Shown piece after piece: positions 26,501-40,000 of a stretch of 64,000 nucleotides of DNA. Position numbers and translations under genes: made by a program. The notes under the pieces were generated by a model. The model searched no databases, was not told the DNA's origin, and worked only from the letters and a program-made list of their open reading frames with translations. Within the stretch, counting starts at the first letter, position 1. The number at the start of each line of letters is the position of its first letter. This DNA is from Dendrobates tinctorius (Eukaryota). The stretch is taken from positions 1,116,001 to 1,180,000 of the forward strand of contig NW_027361758.1 of NCBI RefSeq assembly GCF_039654945.1, given 5' to 3'.

Positions 26501-27188
26501 CACCAGGAGGTGTTTTTACCAATACGTCATATGTTGCATAATTCACCGGACTTGTTTTTTTTTCAATTCACAACTAAATAACACAACACTGCCCTATATG
26601 ATCAGGTGGGAGCGGGATCTGGGTTTTCTCTCCGAACCTGTTGACTGGGAGGAAGGATTGTGTGAAGTTGTACGGGTCTCTTCATGTGTGAACCATCTGG
26701 AGCAGTTGAAAAAGACGCACCTGAGATGGTACCAGTTCCCGGTCCGAACGGCACATTTTGGAGCTGGTGGGTCTGGTGAATGCTGGAGAGGGTGTGGGAT
26801 GAGGGGTACTCTTGAGCATACTTGGTGTTCCTGTCCGGTGCTCCAGCCTTGGTGGAGGGGTGTTGATTTATTGATCTCACAAGTCTTGGGTATCCAGATG
26901 ACTCTGACCCCAAGCCAGGCCATTTTACACATTGGCCTGAACGAAATTCCTCATATTCTTAGAGGTACGCTGTCACATATTATGATAGCTGCTAGAGTGT
27001 TGATAGCGGCTAGATGGAAAGATCCCACCCCTCCAGAGGTTGCAGGACTAATTGATAGAATTAACACTCACTGCCAGCTTGAACTAGCACTAGCTCACTC
27101 GATGACCACCATAATAAAAAGACAGAACATTTGGCACCCCTGGATACATAGTAGACACTCCACGGTTGCCCCGCTCCAGCCTGCTTAG
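23506..27188 (+). pseudogene. L1 ORF2 (APE endonuclease-RT-CCHC), with stops/frameshifts near 23883, 24388 and 26035
   Basis: SLNVRGLN, CLQETH, NVYAPN, SRIDYF, SDHAP; LDAEKAFDRV, TRQGCP, YADD; CWRGC..H...C. Confidence 0.95.
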
Positions 27189-28228
27189 CCGTATATAATT
27201 AAGATGCCGGATATTAGATATTGGATGTTGTTTGTATTCTTTCCTTTTTGGAATATATTACTGTACTGCAGAACACAGACTTATTATGTGTACTTGCTGT
27301 TACACATAGTTCTATCGATGCCACTAATGCCTGTTCCTCCCCTCACCCCTTCCCCTTCCCCCCCCCCTTCCTGTTTTTCATTTGTCGGTCCCCACTTTCT
27401 GCTCCTTATTTTCTCCTCTCGTTCCCCTAGTTTCAGATATATATGGTGGTTGTAACTATGGTTGTCATTGTTTTGACTTATTTTTATTGAGGTTGAACAA
27501 GAAAACAATTGAGAAAAAACCACAAAAAAAAAAACAAAAAAAAAAACAAAAAAAAAAAAACCACACTGAGAACATCTACAAATCTCCTTCAGGCTATAGT
27601 CACATGCAATGGTTTGCAGTTTTTTATGCAAACTAAAAGCTGCTTTTTTTTTTTTTCTCCACAGTACCAGCAGAAGCAATATTTTAGAAGGCTCATGTGT
27701 ACACCTTTTCCCTTCACTGAATTTGAGAACTGCAGCATTTTTAAATCTTCAGCATGACAGTTCTTTCAGGTTTTTGCAACTTTTTTTGCCCATAGAAAGT
27801 AACTTTATTAAAACATGTACTGCAGACAAGAAACACAGCAAAAATGTTGGGAAATCATTTTTACTGACAAGACAGCAGGTTTTGGCTGAAAACAAACAAA
27901 CAAAAAAAACAATACCACGCAGCAAAAACGCTGCGCTTGAATGTAGCCCGACAGTATGTACATGGTTCAGTGCACTCTCACTTCCCTCAGGCATCTAAAG
28001 AAAGTGAGAGAGAACGACAGCTCGATAGTGGCAGCTGATCGTTATGCCACGTGAGTCCTGCAGCCAATGTCACGCAAGCTTCAGGAGAACCGGTGCGACA
28101 TTGCCGGAATGGTGCCGATACTGGAGGTGACCATAGGGTACTTTTTATTTGACATTGTGGAATATAGTAATTAAGAAGGGTTTACACAAGCAGTGGAGAA
28201 TGCCTTTAAAAGGGGGGGGGGGGGGACA

Positions 28229-28271
28229 CGCCCCCTGGAAGAAGCTGGCGGTGAAATGTGCGTCGGGGGTG
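28229..28271 (+). ncRNA. Degenerate hammerhead ribozyme motif heading an AT-rich pseudo-LTR-like segment (to ~28900)
   Basis: CGCCCCC-TGGAAGA-agctggcggt-GAAAT-GTGC-GTC^GGGGGTG; stem III deviations fit CpG decay, first core box non-canonical. Confidence 0.6.
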
Positions 28272-29573
28272 AGGGGAGGCCAAGAGCACCGTCACCACAC
28301 TTTGGTAATTACAATTTTACTTACCTTTTTGGTTGCATTGATCCTTGGTATCGACAATTCTTGGGAATCTGGGATTTTCCTTCCTGCTACATGTATGTTA
28401 CCATACACCGAGATCTGGTTGTTATCAGTCCATCTGTCCATTGGTCCTGCTTCCTTTCTTTGTGGCCACATAATTATGGGATATAGGCTTTGATACACAG
28501 TCTTTCATTGTATACTGTACATTTATGCATTATAGGGTATTGAGGTTTTGGAATACTTTCTAGATAGGTGTTATTGGCTCTTTTTACCATCACATTATAG
28601 CATTGGTAATTTATCCTCTATTTTTTATTCTGTGTATCTATAATCCTGTGTAACTGCTATTGCAGCTTTGTCATGCTATATATCAGGTTATATTTATAAC
28701 ATTTCAGACTGTTATTGGCCCTTTTATTATTATTGTGCGCTCTAGCGTCCCCTAGACGGCATTTTGTTTTTTTGTATGCATTTTAAATTGATAATGTAAT
28801 AAAAATTGTTTAATATTTCTGGGATCTCTTCGTTGTCCTATATATCTGAATATGGGATTTTTGGATACATTTATGTGAAGTGCCCTGTGCATTTATTCGG
28901 ACACTTGTTGAACAGTACTAGCTGTGTACTGTATGAGTCTTTGTGCATTGCAGCCAGGTATGATTGACTCTTAAACACTGCAGCTTCTCCCTGTCCTGAT
29001 CCAGTTTACATGCTTTTCCTTACGCGAGTACATATGGATAACAAGACAAACTGAGCTGCAATGAAGCAGTCGATCACTACAAAGTAGCCAGTGAAAATGT
29101 TGTAAAGGGACAACTCTCTCCCTATGAAGCCACAGGTAGGTACAGTACAGACCAAGAGTTTGGACACCTTCTCATTCAAAGAGTTTTCTTTATTTTCATG
29201 ACTATGAAAATTGTAGATTCACTCTGAAGGCATCAAAACTATGAATTAACACATGTGGAATTATATAATTAACAAAAAAGTGTGAAACTGAAAATATGTC
29301 TTATATTCTAGGTTCTTCAAAGTAGCCACCTTTTGCTTTGATTACTGCTTTGCACACTCTTGGCATTCTCTTGATGAGCTTCAAGAAGTAGTCACCGGAA
29401 ATGGTTTTCACTTCACAGGTGTGCCCTGTCAGGTTTAATAAGTGGGATTTCTTGCCTTATAAATGGGGTTGGGACCATCAGTTGTGTTGTGCAGAAGTCT
29501 GGTGGATACACAGCTGATAGTCCTACTGAATAGACTGTTAGAATTTGTATTATGGCAAGAAAAAAGCAGCTAA

Positions 29574-30828
29574 GGCTAGTTTCACACTTGCTTTTTTTTG
29601 CAGCGCGTTTTTCCCGCAAAAAAACGCATTGAAAAAACGCATACATAAGCATACAACTGCTGCGTTTTTTTCAAGCATTTTTATGAGCATGCATGAAAAA
29701 AACACAGCGTTTTTATGCGTTTGTATGCGTTTTTAGTGCGTTTTTACCGCGTTTGCGTTTTTTTCCAACATTTTTAGGTGGCCCCTCACACTACCCAAAC
29801 CATGACTTTACTAACCCTAACCCTGACCCTAACCCTAACCCTGACCCTAACCCTTAACCAAATCATACTTAACCCTAACCCAAACCCTAAACCCTAACTA
29901 ACCCTAACCCTAACCCTAACCCTGACCCTGACCCTAACCCTTAACCAAATCATACTTAACCCTAACCCAANNNNNNNNNNNNNNNNNNNNNNNNNNNNNN
30001 NNNNNNNNNNNNNNNNNNNNNNNNNNNNNNNNNNNNNNNNNNNNNNNNNNNNNNNNNNNNNNNNNNNNNNNNNNNNNNNNNNNNNNNNNNNNNNNNNNNN
30101 NNNNNNNNNNNNNNNNNNNNNNNNNNNNNNCCATACTTAACCCTAATCCTGACCCTAACCCTGACCCTAATCCTTAACAAAACCATACTTAACCCTAACC
30201 CTGACCCTAACCCTGACCCTAACCATANNNNNNNNNNNNNNNNNNNNNNNNNNNNNNNNNNNNNNNNNNNNNNNNNNNNNNNNNNNNNNNNNNNNNNNNN
30301 NNNNNNNNNNNNNNNNNNNNNNNNNNNNNNNNNNNNNNNNNNNNNNNNNNNNNNNNTTAACCCTAATCCTGACCCTAACCCTTAACCAAACCATACTTAA
30401 CCCTAACCCTGACCCAAACCCCAACCCTAACCCTGACCATAACCCTAACCCTAAACCCCCTTAACTAACCCTAACTCTAACCCAAACCCCTAAATTCCAT
30501 GGTTAAAAAAAAAAAAATGCATATGCAAAAAAACGCATACATGAGCATGCCAGTGCGCACATATGCGCATCCATAGGCTATAATGGCCATTTTTAGCGCA
30601 AAACGTGCGCATATGTGCGCATGCGCTTTTTTGCAGGGCCAAAAAATGCAACATGCTGCGTCTGGAAAATACCAACGCACACCCCAAAAAAGCGCAGCGC
30701 ATGAAAATCGCATACATGCGCTGACCAGTGCGCAGGTATGCGCACCCATGTTAAATATAGGGGAAAAAAACGCATGCGCAGGTATGCGTTTTTTTCCAGC
30801 GCTAAAAAACGCAAATGTGAAACCAGCC
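29574..30828. mobile_element. Harbinger-type MITE with telomere-like core
   Basis: TIR GGCTAGTTTCACA / TGTGAAACCAGCC; TAA TSD. Confidence 0.88.
29811..30492. repeat. Degenerate (CCCTAA)n interstitial telomere-like array with two N gaps
   Basis: CCCTAA/CCCTGA/CCTTAA hexamers with a recurring CCAAATCATACTTAA spacer. Confidence 0.92.
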
Positions 30829-32772
30829 TAAGTAAAGAAAAATGAGTGGCCATCATTACTTTAAGAAATGAAGGTCAGTCAGTCCGAAAAATTGGGAAAA
30901 CTTTGAAAGTGTCCCCAAGTGCTGTGGCAAAAACCATCAAGCGCTACAAAGAAACTGGCTCACATGAGGACTGCCCCAGGAAAGGAAGACCAACAGTCAC
31001 CTCTGTTGCGGAGGATAAGTTCATCCGAGTCACCAGCCTCAGAAATCGCAGGTTAAAAGCAGCTCAGATTAGAGACCAGGTCAATGCCACACAGAGTTCT
31101 AGCAGCAGACACATCTCTACAACTGTTAAAGAGGAGACTTTGTGCAGCAGGCCTTCATGGTAAAATAGCTGCTAGGAAACCACTGCTAAGGACAGGCAAC
31201 AAGCAGAAGAGACTTGTTTGGGCTAAAGAACACAAGGAATGGACATTAGACCAGTGTAAATCTGTGCTTTGGTCTGATGAGTCCAAATTTGAGATCTTTG
31301 GTTCCAAACACCGTGTCTTTGTATGACGCAGAAAAGGTGAACGGATGGACGCTACATGCCTGGTTCACACCGAGAAGCATGGAGGAGGAGGTGTGATGGT
31401 GTGGGGGTGCTTTGCTGGTGACACTGTTGGGGATTTATTCAAAATTGAAGGCATACTGAACCAGCATGGCTACCACAGCATCTTGCAGCGGCATGCTATT
31501 CCATGCGGTTTGCGTTTAGTTGGACCATCATTTATTTTTCAACAGGACAATGACCCCAAACACACCTCCAGGCTGTGTAAGGGCTTTTTGACCAAGAAGG
31601 AGAGTGATGGGGTGCTACGCCAGATGACCTGGCCTCCACAGTCACCAGACCTGAACCCAATCGAGATGGTTTGGGGTGAGCTGGACCGCAGAGTGAAGGC
31701 AAAAGGGCCAACAAGTGCTAAGCATCTCTGGGAACTCCTTCAAGACTGTTGGAAGACCATTTCCGGTGGTTACTTCTTCAAGCTCATCAAGAGAATGCCA
31801 AGAGTGTGCAAAGCAGTAATCAAAGCAAAAGATGGCTACTTTGAAGAACCTAGAATATAAGACATATTTTCAGTTGGCTCACACTTTTTTGTTAATTATA
31901 TAATTCCACATGTGTTAATTCATAGTTTTGATGCCTTCAGTGTGAATCTACAATTTTCATAGTCATGAAAATAAAGAAAAAACTCTTTGAATGAGAAGGT
32001 GTCCAAACTCTTGGTCTGTACTGTACCTACCTGTGTCTTCATAGGGAGAGAGTTGTCCCTTTACAACATTTTCACTGGCTACTTTGTAGTGATCAACTGC
32101 TTCATTGCAGCTCAGTTTGTCTTGTTATCCATATGTACTCGCGTAAGGAAAAGCATGTAAACTGGATCGGGACAGGGAGAAGCTGCAGTGTTTAAGAGCC
32201 AATCATACCTGGCTGCCATGCACAAAGACTTATACAGTTTTCATAGTCATGAAAATAAAGAAAACTCTTTGAATGAGGTGTGTCCAAACTTTTGGTCTGT
32301 ACTGTATGTTAGTCAACGTTATTGGGCATATAGAAGCCAGCAGGAGACTACATCGGACTGGACAGCAGAAATGCATAGACATCATTTGGCTTTTCAAAAA
32401 AAAATTTATTCTAAAACACCAAGAGTCAAAACACACCTGGCTGCAACAGTGCACCCAGACTCATTCATGCTGCCCGTGGTCTATGCAGCATGAATCCAAT
32501 GAGTCCTCTGCCACGCCAGCAATGATAGCACATGACACCACTAAGGCCTTGTTTACCAGATCCCTTGGGGTGTCCTTGCATCTAGCCTTTATCCCATGTT
32601 CATGGATCTGAATTTACATTGGGTAACCAGGTTGAGGCCACAGAGTCGGCTGATAGCTGACTGGCAGAAGTGGTTAGAACTGTTGAGGTGAGCCATAAGA
32701 TCAAATGCTTAATTAACCTCAAGACATAAGAGATTGATAGAAACGACCCAGAAAATGTATTGTTTCACCTTA

Positions 32773-34095
<1,323 letters not shown>

Positions 34096-35929
34096 GATCT
34101 GAGGAAGAGGCGAGAAGGATTGGAAGGACTGAAGAGATGAACAGTTCCTTACTAAAGTAGGTGTCATTTCAGTCATTCTGTGCCGACAGTCACTTTAAAT
34201 AGAAGACAGCCCTGACCAGGGCTCACAGAAAGGAGCAAATCTAAACAGCCAGGAATAAACCCCAGAACTCCCTATCTGATTAGCACCTAAAGTCACAGAA
34301 ATTAAAATAGGACAGCTGCATCCCTGGAAGAAAAGGAGCAGCGCTGCCCTGTGACTGAAGGGAGATTGGATAGGTACTGGTATGCGTGTTATAGGCCCAT
34401 GATTGAACAAGTCAATAAAAGGTTAACTTTTTAATTTTATAGAATATTTCTGCTGCCAGATTTCTGTGAGACAATCCATTTTATCATCAGCAGAGATGTA
34501 CAAAGAAAATGAGCATATGCCTTGCTACTCAGTCTAGAATAATTAGTTAATTTGGCTGAGAAGATGCTACATGGAATATTGAATAGAGCCACTAAACTGC
34601 ATACCCTGCTGATTGCAGAAAAATACTGGAACACTTACAGCATGAAAGTTTATTCTATGAATTTTAATAATGTATTCAAATGCGCTCAATTATGATGACA
34701 ATTTTAATTGTGGATCAATTTAATGTTCTCTTTAAAAATACATTATTAGATAAAGAACAATCTGTTTGGAATCTTTGAGAATCCATTTTTTTCTCCACCA
34801 GGTACGATAATATTTTATGCAAATACATTCTGCATGAATATCAATTAGGAAGAAAATCATTCTGATGCATAAAGACAATGTTAGCGCACCTAGCAGCTCT
34901 GAAGTGTTAATTAGCGGCATAGAAACTGAAGTCGTAAGCTCTACTCACCAGTGCATACATAACAAGCAAGATCCACAATGAGCTCACAGGCAAACAGCAG
35001 CACACAAGCTCTTCTGCATAGTGGTTTGACTTCTTTCTATATTTTCAAGGTGCAGATATATAGCACTGATCCAAAATTTTAAATTCCCCCTTCTATGGTT
35101 TTCATTAGGAAATAAATTTTAAATCTTTGCCAGGGAGCGACCTTGCTGATGCAGTATAACTACCTTGTGTCTTTGTGGCTGTGCTCAGCTATTGCCATGT
35201 TGTATAACCCATGATGTGAAACAGTCTTCCACATCAGAAGCAGTTTGGCCATTTTTAAGACTTAACACAGATGTTTCTGTTAATGACTCAGTATCAACCT
35301 ACTTATAAAAATGATGATATTCAACCCACTTATAAATATTGATGTTTATCACCTGTTTGATATAATTAGTTACTCATACACCTGACTGCAATCCTGCAAA
35401 ATTCCTAACTTTTTGCAAGTGACCTAGAAGTACTGATACTGTTTTGAAAGCAAAAGGGTTGTCACACCAAAATATTAGAATAAATATAATTAGATACAAG
35501 TTTGTTCATTCACTTTGCATTTTATTAATGCATAAAAATGACCGTAACTACTAACAATTCTATTTTTGAAAAAATTACATCTTTACAGCATTTTTTGCTA
35601 AAACTTAGACATAATGATTATATATGTAATAAATATTATTATGTCTACGTTTTAGCACAGCCAAATATATTTAACTATTCTTTGTTTTGCTTTTTTTTTT
35701 ATGTCCCCTTCAATAACGAACTAAGGATCACCTATACCATATGTATTAGAAAATTAATAGTCCTCTATAAAGTCCAGGTACATATGGGGTTTATGGGAAT
35801 AATACCACAGCAAAACGCAAAAGTGTTCAGAAGCTCTGCATGCAGCTGTCGTGGCAGCCTATTTTTGCAAGGCACAAACATGGGACAATAGCCTCCAAAT
35901 TGATGGTGGTTACCTTGGAGGTCTTTAAA

Positions 35930-36424
35930 AGCCCCGTCACACACAGCGAGATCGCTAGCGAGATCGCTGATTTTGTGACGCATCAGCGAAATCGTTGTGT
36001 GCGGGTATCGCTGATCGTGCAGGAGTGTCCTGGGCCATTTTTTGATCGTTGGTCTCCCGCTGGCCAGCACGTATCGCTGCGTGTGGCAGCGGGAGACCAA
36101 CCATCAGCAAGCTCCCAGCGCTGTAAGCAGACGCTGGGAGCTGGTATCCAAAGGTAAATATCAGGTAACTAAGCGTGCGAGTCACTTAGTTACCCGCTGT
36201 ATACCTTGGATACCAACTCCCAGCGCGAGCACGCAGGTATCCAAGGTACTCAGTGGGTAACTAAGCGACGCGCGCGCTTAGTTACCCGATATTTACCTTG
36301 GATACCAGCATCCTTGCTGGTCCTGATCGGTGCCGAGATCTGCCTGTTTAACAGCTCACCAGCGATCATGCAGCGAGGCACCAGCGATGCTGACAAGGTC
36401 GCATCGTTTAGTGTGACGGGACCC
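35930..36424. mobile_element. Harbinger-type MITE with internal palindromes
   Basis: CCCGTCACAC / GTGTGACGGG termini; repeated GGTAACTAAGCG..CGCTTAGTTACC hairpins; related to 42174-42545. Confidence 0.75.
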
Positions 36425-38409
36425 TTAGAAGACAAAATCTCACTTGACAGCTGCATTTAAGAGATATGACTGATCTAATCACAGCTAACCCTGATAACAT
36501 TAGTTACTCTAAGGCGCCGGCTATGTAATACAGGTAGCAACTGAGCTGTACCATTATAGTGAAAATATGATTTCACAGTTTCGAAGAAAAGATGGACAGT
36601 ACGAGTATATAACAAGTAGCTCACTGTAGGACTCAATACTATATTGCAATAATAAAATATAACTAAATTTAATAAATAAAATATACATGTTATAAGAATT
36701 AAAGAACATGAAAAAAACCACCACCAAAGAGACACTCCGGTACAAAAATGAAAATACCACAAGGCGGTGCCTGCTCCTGTTCTGTTACTGAACCGCCCTA
36801 CCTACCAGCGGAGGTTGGCACCCTATACCTGCGCAATGGTGCCCCTGCTTGTCCACGGCTCACCCTGCAGAGCCCTGGATGGAAGAGGAGATCAGAAGAT
36901 TCTTAGTTAGAAAGGGATAGATATATAAATAATGTCAGCAGTAAAAAAAGAAAGTGTAATTATTGTAAAAAAAAAAAAAAAAAAAAAGTGATAATCAGAT
37001 CAGTGAGATTCATGGATCTATGCAAGAAGGGATGTATAATGACATGCGTGTCTTGGCATCAGATGACGTCAGGCAGGGTCTGGGTATAAAGATGTCGCCC
37101 TAGCTACCCCTATATATATTTGCCTGCCTAACAGGGGTTGGCACCCTATTAATAACGAGACTGGAGCCCCTGCTCGGAGGCTGTCCCACCTGTCCCTAAC
37201 TAATGTGCTAGAAGATAAAAGTAATGGGGAGAGGGAACAGAGGGGATAAAGTGAGTACTCAGTGCTTTACAGATAAAGTGCTGCCGATATCCCATTGTGT
37301 CGCGCCTCAGTAAAGAAAAATCAAGATGTAATAATACGCAAGACGGACTCCAGTGTGGAAATCCAAAGACATAAGAGTCAGTCAGTTATAGAGCGACAAA
37401 GAGGTTTATGCAAAACTACACAAAGAGTTAATAGAACCACTTGGCACAGTGAGTATGGTGCAGAAAACCAAGTTGAGTGGAAAAATGCCACTGACTTATT
37501 GATAGCAATTCTTGTAGTAATATATATTGCTGTTGTAAGGTTCAAAGAGTTATATATTCAAAAACATGCACAAGGAGTTAATAAACCCACATGGTACAGT
37601 AGGAGCAATGTAGAGAACCAGAGTTTTCCACAACCCATGCTGTAATATATGCTGATATTGTAAAACACAAGGTACAGAAAACACCATAGAAAACTCTAAC
37701 CTCATAACATTCATGGTTACACTCAGAATAACATATAAAAAGTGCCTAAAGAGTTAATGAACCACTTAGATATAGTAGGAGCAATACAGAGAACTGAGTA
37801 GAGTGGAAAGTGACACTCCTTTTCAAACGACCCATGCGGTAAAACATGTCGATATTGTAACCACAAGGTACAGATCACNNNNNNNNNNNNNNNNNNNNNN
37901 NNNNNNNNNNNNNNNNNNNNNNNNNNNNNNNNNNNNNNNNNNNNNNNNNNNNNNNNNNNNNNNNNNNNNNNNNNNNNNNNNNNNNNNNNNNNNNNNNNNN
38001 NNNNNNNNNNNNNNNNNNNNNNNNNNNNNNNNNNNNNNNNNNNNNNNNNNNNNNNNNNNNNNNNNNTCTTTCATTTTACCAGAGCAGTTCAAAAGAAGCT
38101 GAGCTGTGATTGGTTGCTATGAGCAACAGTTCTTCTTGCAACCAATCACTAAGCATCTCTCATTTCACCAGAGCTGGTTAAAAGAAGCTGAGCTGTGATT
38201 GTTTGCTATGAGCAAGTTTTCCCACTTGACAACACCTCAGCAGACACGGACACGGTGGGAGAAATCTAGCAACTTCGGGAACATAAGCTCCCAGCCATTG
38301 TCTGCCCCCAGAAAGGAGCACAGAGCACATGACAGAAATGAATCCCCCCCTCCCGTGCCTATATACCCATCACACATCCTCCATCCCAGAGACACATCTT
38401 CCTTCTTAA

Positions 38410-38675
38410 AGGGATCTCCGGTATGGAAGTCAGAGCAAATCCATCCAGCGCTTTGGTTTTGACCCCAGGCCTCTCCGGTATGGAAGTTAGGACCGTTCCA
38501 CTCAGCTCTGTGGTTCTGACCCCAGGGTTCTATTAAAGGGATCATTGGTATGCAAGTCGGGGCAAATCCACTCAGCGCTCTGGTTCTGACCAAAGGCCCC
38601 TCTTATCTCCGGTATGGAAGTTAGGGTAAATCCGTCAGCGCTCTGATTCTCACCTCAGGCTTCTATCAAAGGGAG
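38410..38675. repeat. ~55-70-bp minisatellite, 4 units
   Basis: GGTATGGAAGTYAG..AAATCC..CAGCGCTCTGGTTCTGACC units. Confidence 0.8.
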
Positions 38676-39124
38676 TGCCTTGGTATCTTGAGCATTATAA
38701 ATAAAAATCAATATTTATTTTTAAATAGTTGGTAATAACACATATCTGAAATATCAATACACAAGTACCAGTGAAAAGTGCAGAGGAAAACTATCCCCGA
38801 GTGCCCAGTTGCCCCTTACATAAATTAGAAACATATCACATGTTTATCAAAATCAAAGTAAGCCAGAGCAGTGGATGTTAGATCAGAAAAGATAACAGCA
38901 AAGGTAACGCTGACCAGACTGAGCTTTTAGTATTATCAAGTGAATCAAGAACTCAGTATGGAATAAANNNNNNNNNNNNNNNNNNNNNNNNNNNNNNNNN
39001 NNNNNNNNNNNNNNNNNNNNNNNNNNNNNNNNNNNNNNNNNNNNNNNNNNNNNNNNNNNNNNNNNNNNNNNNNNNNNNNNNNNNNNNNNNNNNNNNNNNN
39101 NNNNNNNNNNNNNNNNNNNNNNNN

Positions 39125-39319
39125 GTATTTAGTCAGTCAGCAATAGTGCAAGTTCCACCACTTAAAAAGATGAGAGGCGTCTGTAATTTACATCATAGGT
39201 AGACCTCAACTATGGGAGACAAACTGAGAAAAAAAAAAATCCAGAAAATCACATTGTCTGTTTTTTTTTCATTTTATTTGCATATTATGGTGGAAAATAA
39301 GTATTTGGTCAGAAACAAA
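39125..39319. mobile_element. Isolated TIR of the young Tc1 family next to an N gap
   Basis: near-identical to 3720-3915. Confidence 0.9.
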
Positions 39320-39609
39320 TATTAAACTCCTGATATAAAAACAATGTGGAAACTAAGAGTCCAATCTGCATACCAATAGTAGGAGATGATATATAAATGT
39401 ACAACAACAACAACAACATGTGGGTTCCTCAAGAGATAATGCCTACATACTCAGTAAAGAGCAGACAACAGAAGAAGTTGTCAATGGTGCAAATATAGAG
39501 GACAAACGTTTCCTTATGCGAGTAGAATAAAATAAAACTACCAGGGCCCATTAGGACTGATAAAGGTAGTCAATTTCTTGTATCTTCAGGCCCGAAAACA
39601 ATAGGGAGG

Positions 39610-40000
39610 GAAAGAATACCAGATGAAACAAACAAATTGCATTTGTTCATTTAAACCTTTGGGAGAGATGGTGTCCAACCTATAGATCCACCCGAGTTCC
39701 TTCTGCAATATCTGTTTGTCACAATTGCCCTGTCTAATTGATGGTGCGGTCACCTTGATGACACGGAAGGAAAAGGACCCCAGGTTGCCCTGATATACCT
39801 CTCGGACATGTCTTGATATTGGTGTGTGCCTAGCATGCCTGATGTCACCCAGGTGATCACCCATTCGTCTCCTAAACTCCCTCTGTCTTACCGACATAGT
39901 TGAGGGGGCAGGAGCACCTGAAGAGGGAGATCACCCCAATAGTTTTTCAATTGGCAAAGTGTCTGTATAGAATTTGCCTGTAGCAGCGCTAAAGAAATGG
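39610..40000 (-). pseudogene. Penelope-like GIY-YIG endonuclease 3' remnant
   Basis: GVISLFRCSCP/NYVGKT (frameshifted), REFRRRMGDH, LQKELGWIYRLDTISPKGLNE. Confidence 0.85.

Larger units (their letters stand above)
21935..27562 (+). mobile_element. Full-length LINE-1 (~5.6 kb), antisense to CAMKK2
   Basis: G-rich 5' end, ORF1, ORF2, poly(A) tail; TSD ACACTGAG at 21927-21934 and 27563-27570. Confidence 0.93.
29552..31860 (+). pseudogene. Tc1 transposase pseudogene interrupted by a MITE at codon 7
   Basis: MARKKQL|SKEK*VAIITL..., [27 protein letters not shown]; stops and one frameshift. Confidence 0.92.
29143..32304 (+). mobile_element. Tc1-like element, inactive, with duplicated right end
   Basis: TA|CAGTACAGACC TIR; right ends at 32023 and 32304. 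Confidence 0.92.

Noticed and set aside
29934-30424. RVRVRV ORFs and other ORFs crossing N runs
   Set aside because: Artefacts of telomere-like repeats and assembly gaps (29971-30130, 30228-30356, 37879-38066, 38968-39124, 44067-44228)
39495-39595. Possible minus-strand hammerhead (CTGAAGA ... GAAACGTTTGTC)
   Set aside because: No stem I complementarity and an unstructured ~70-nt stem II region
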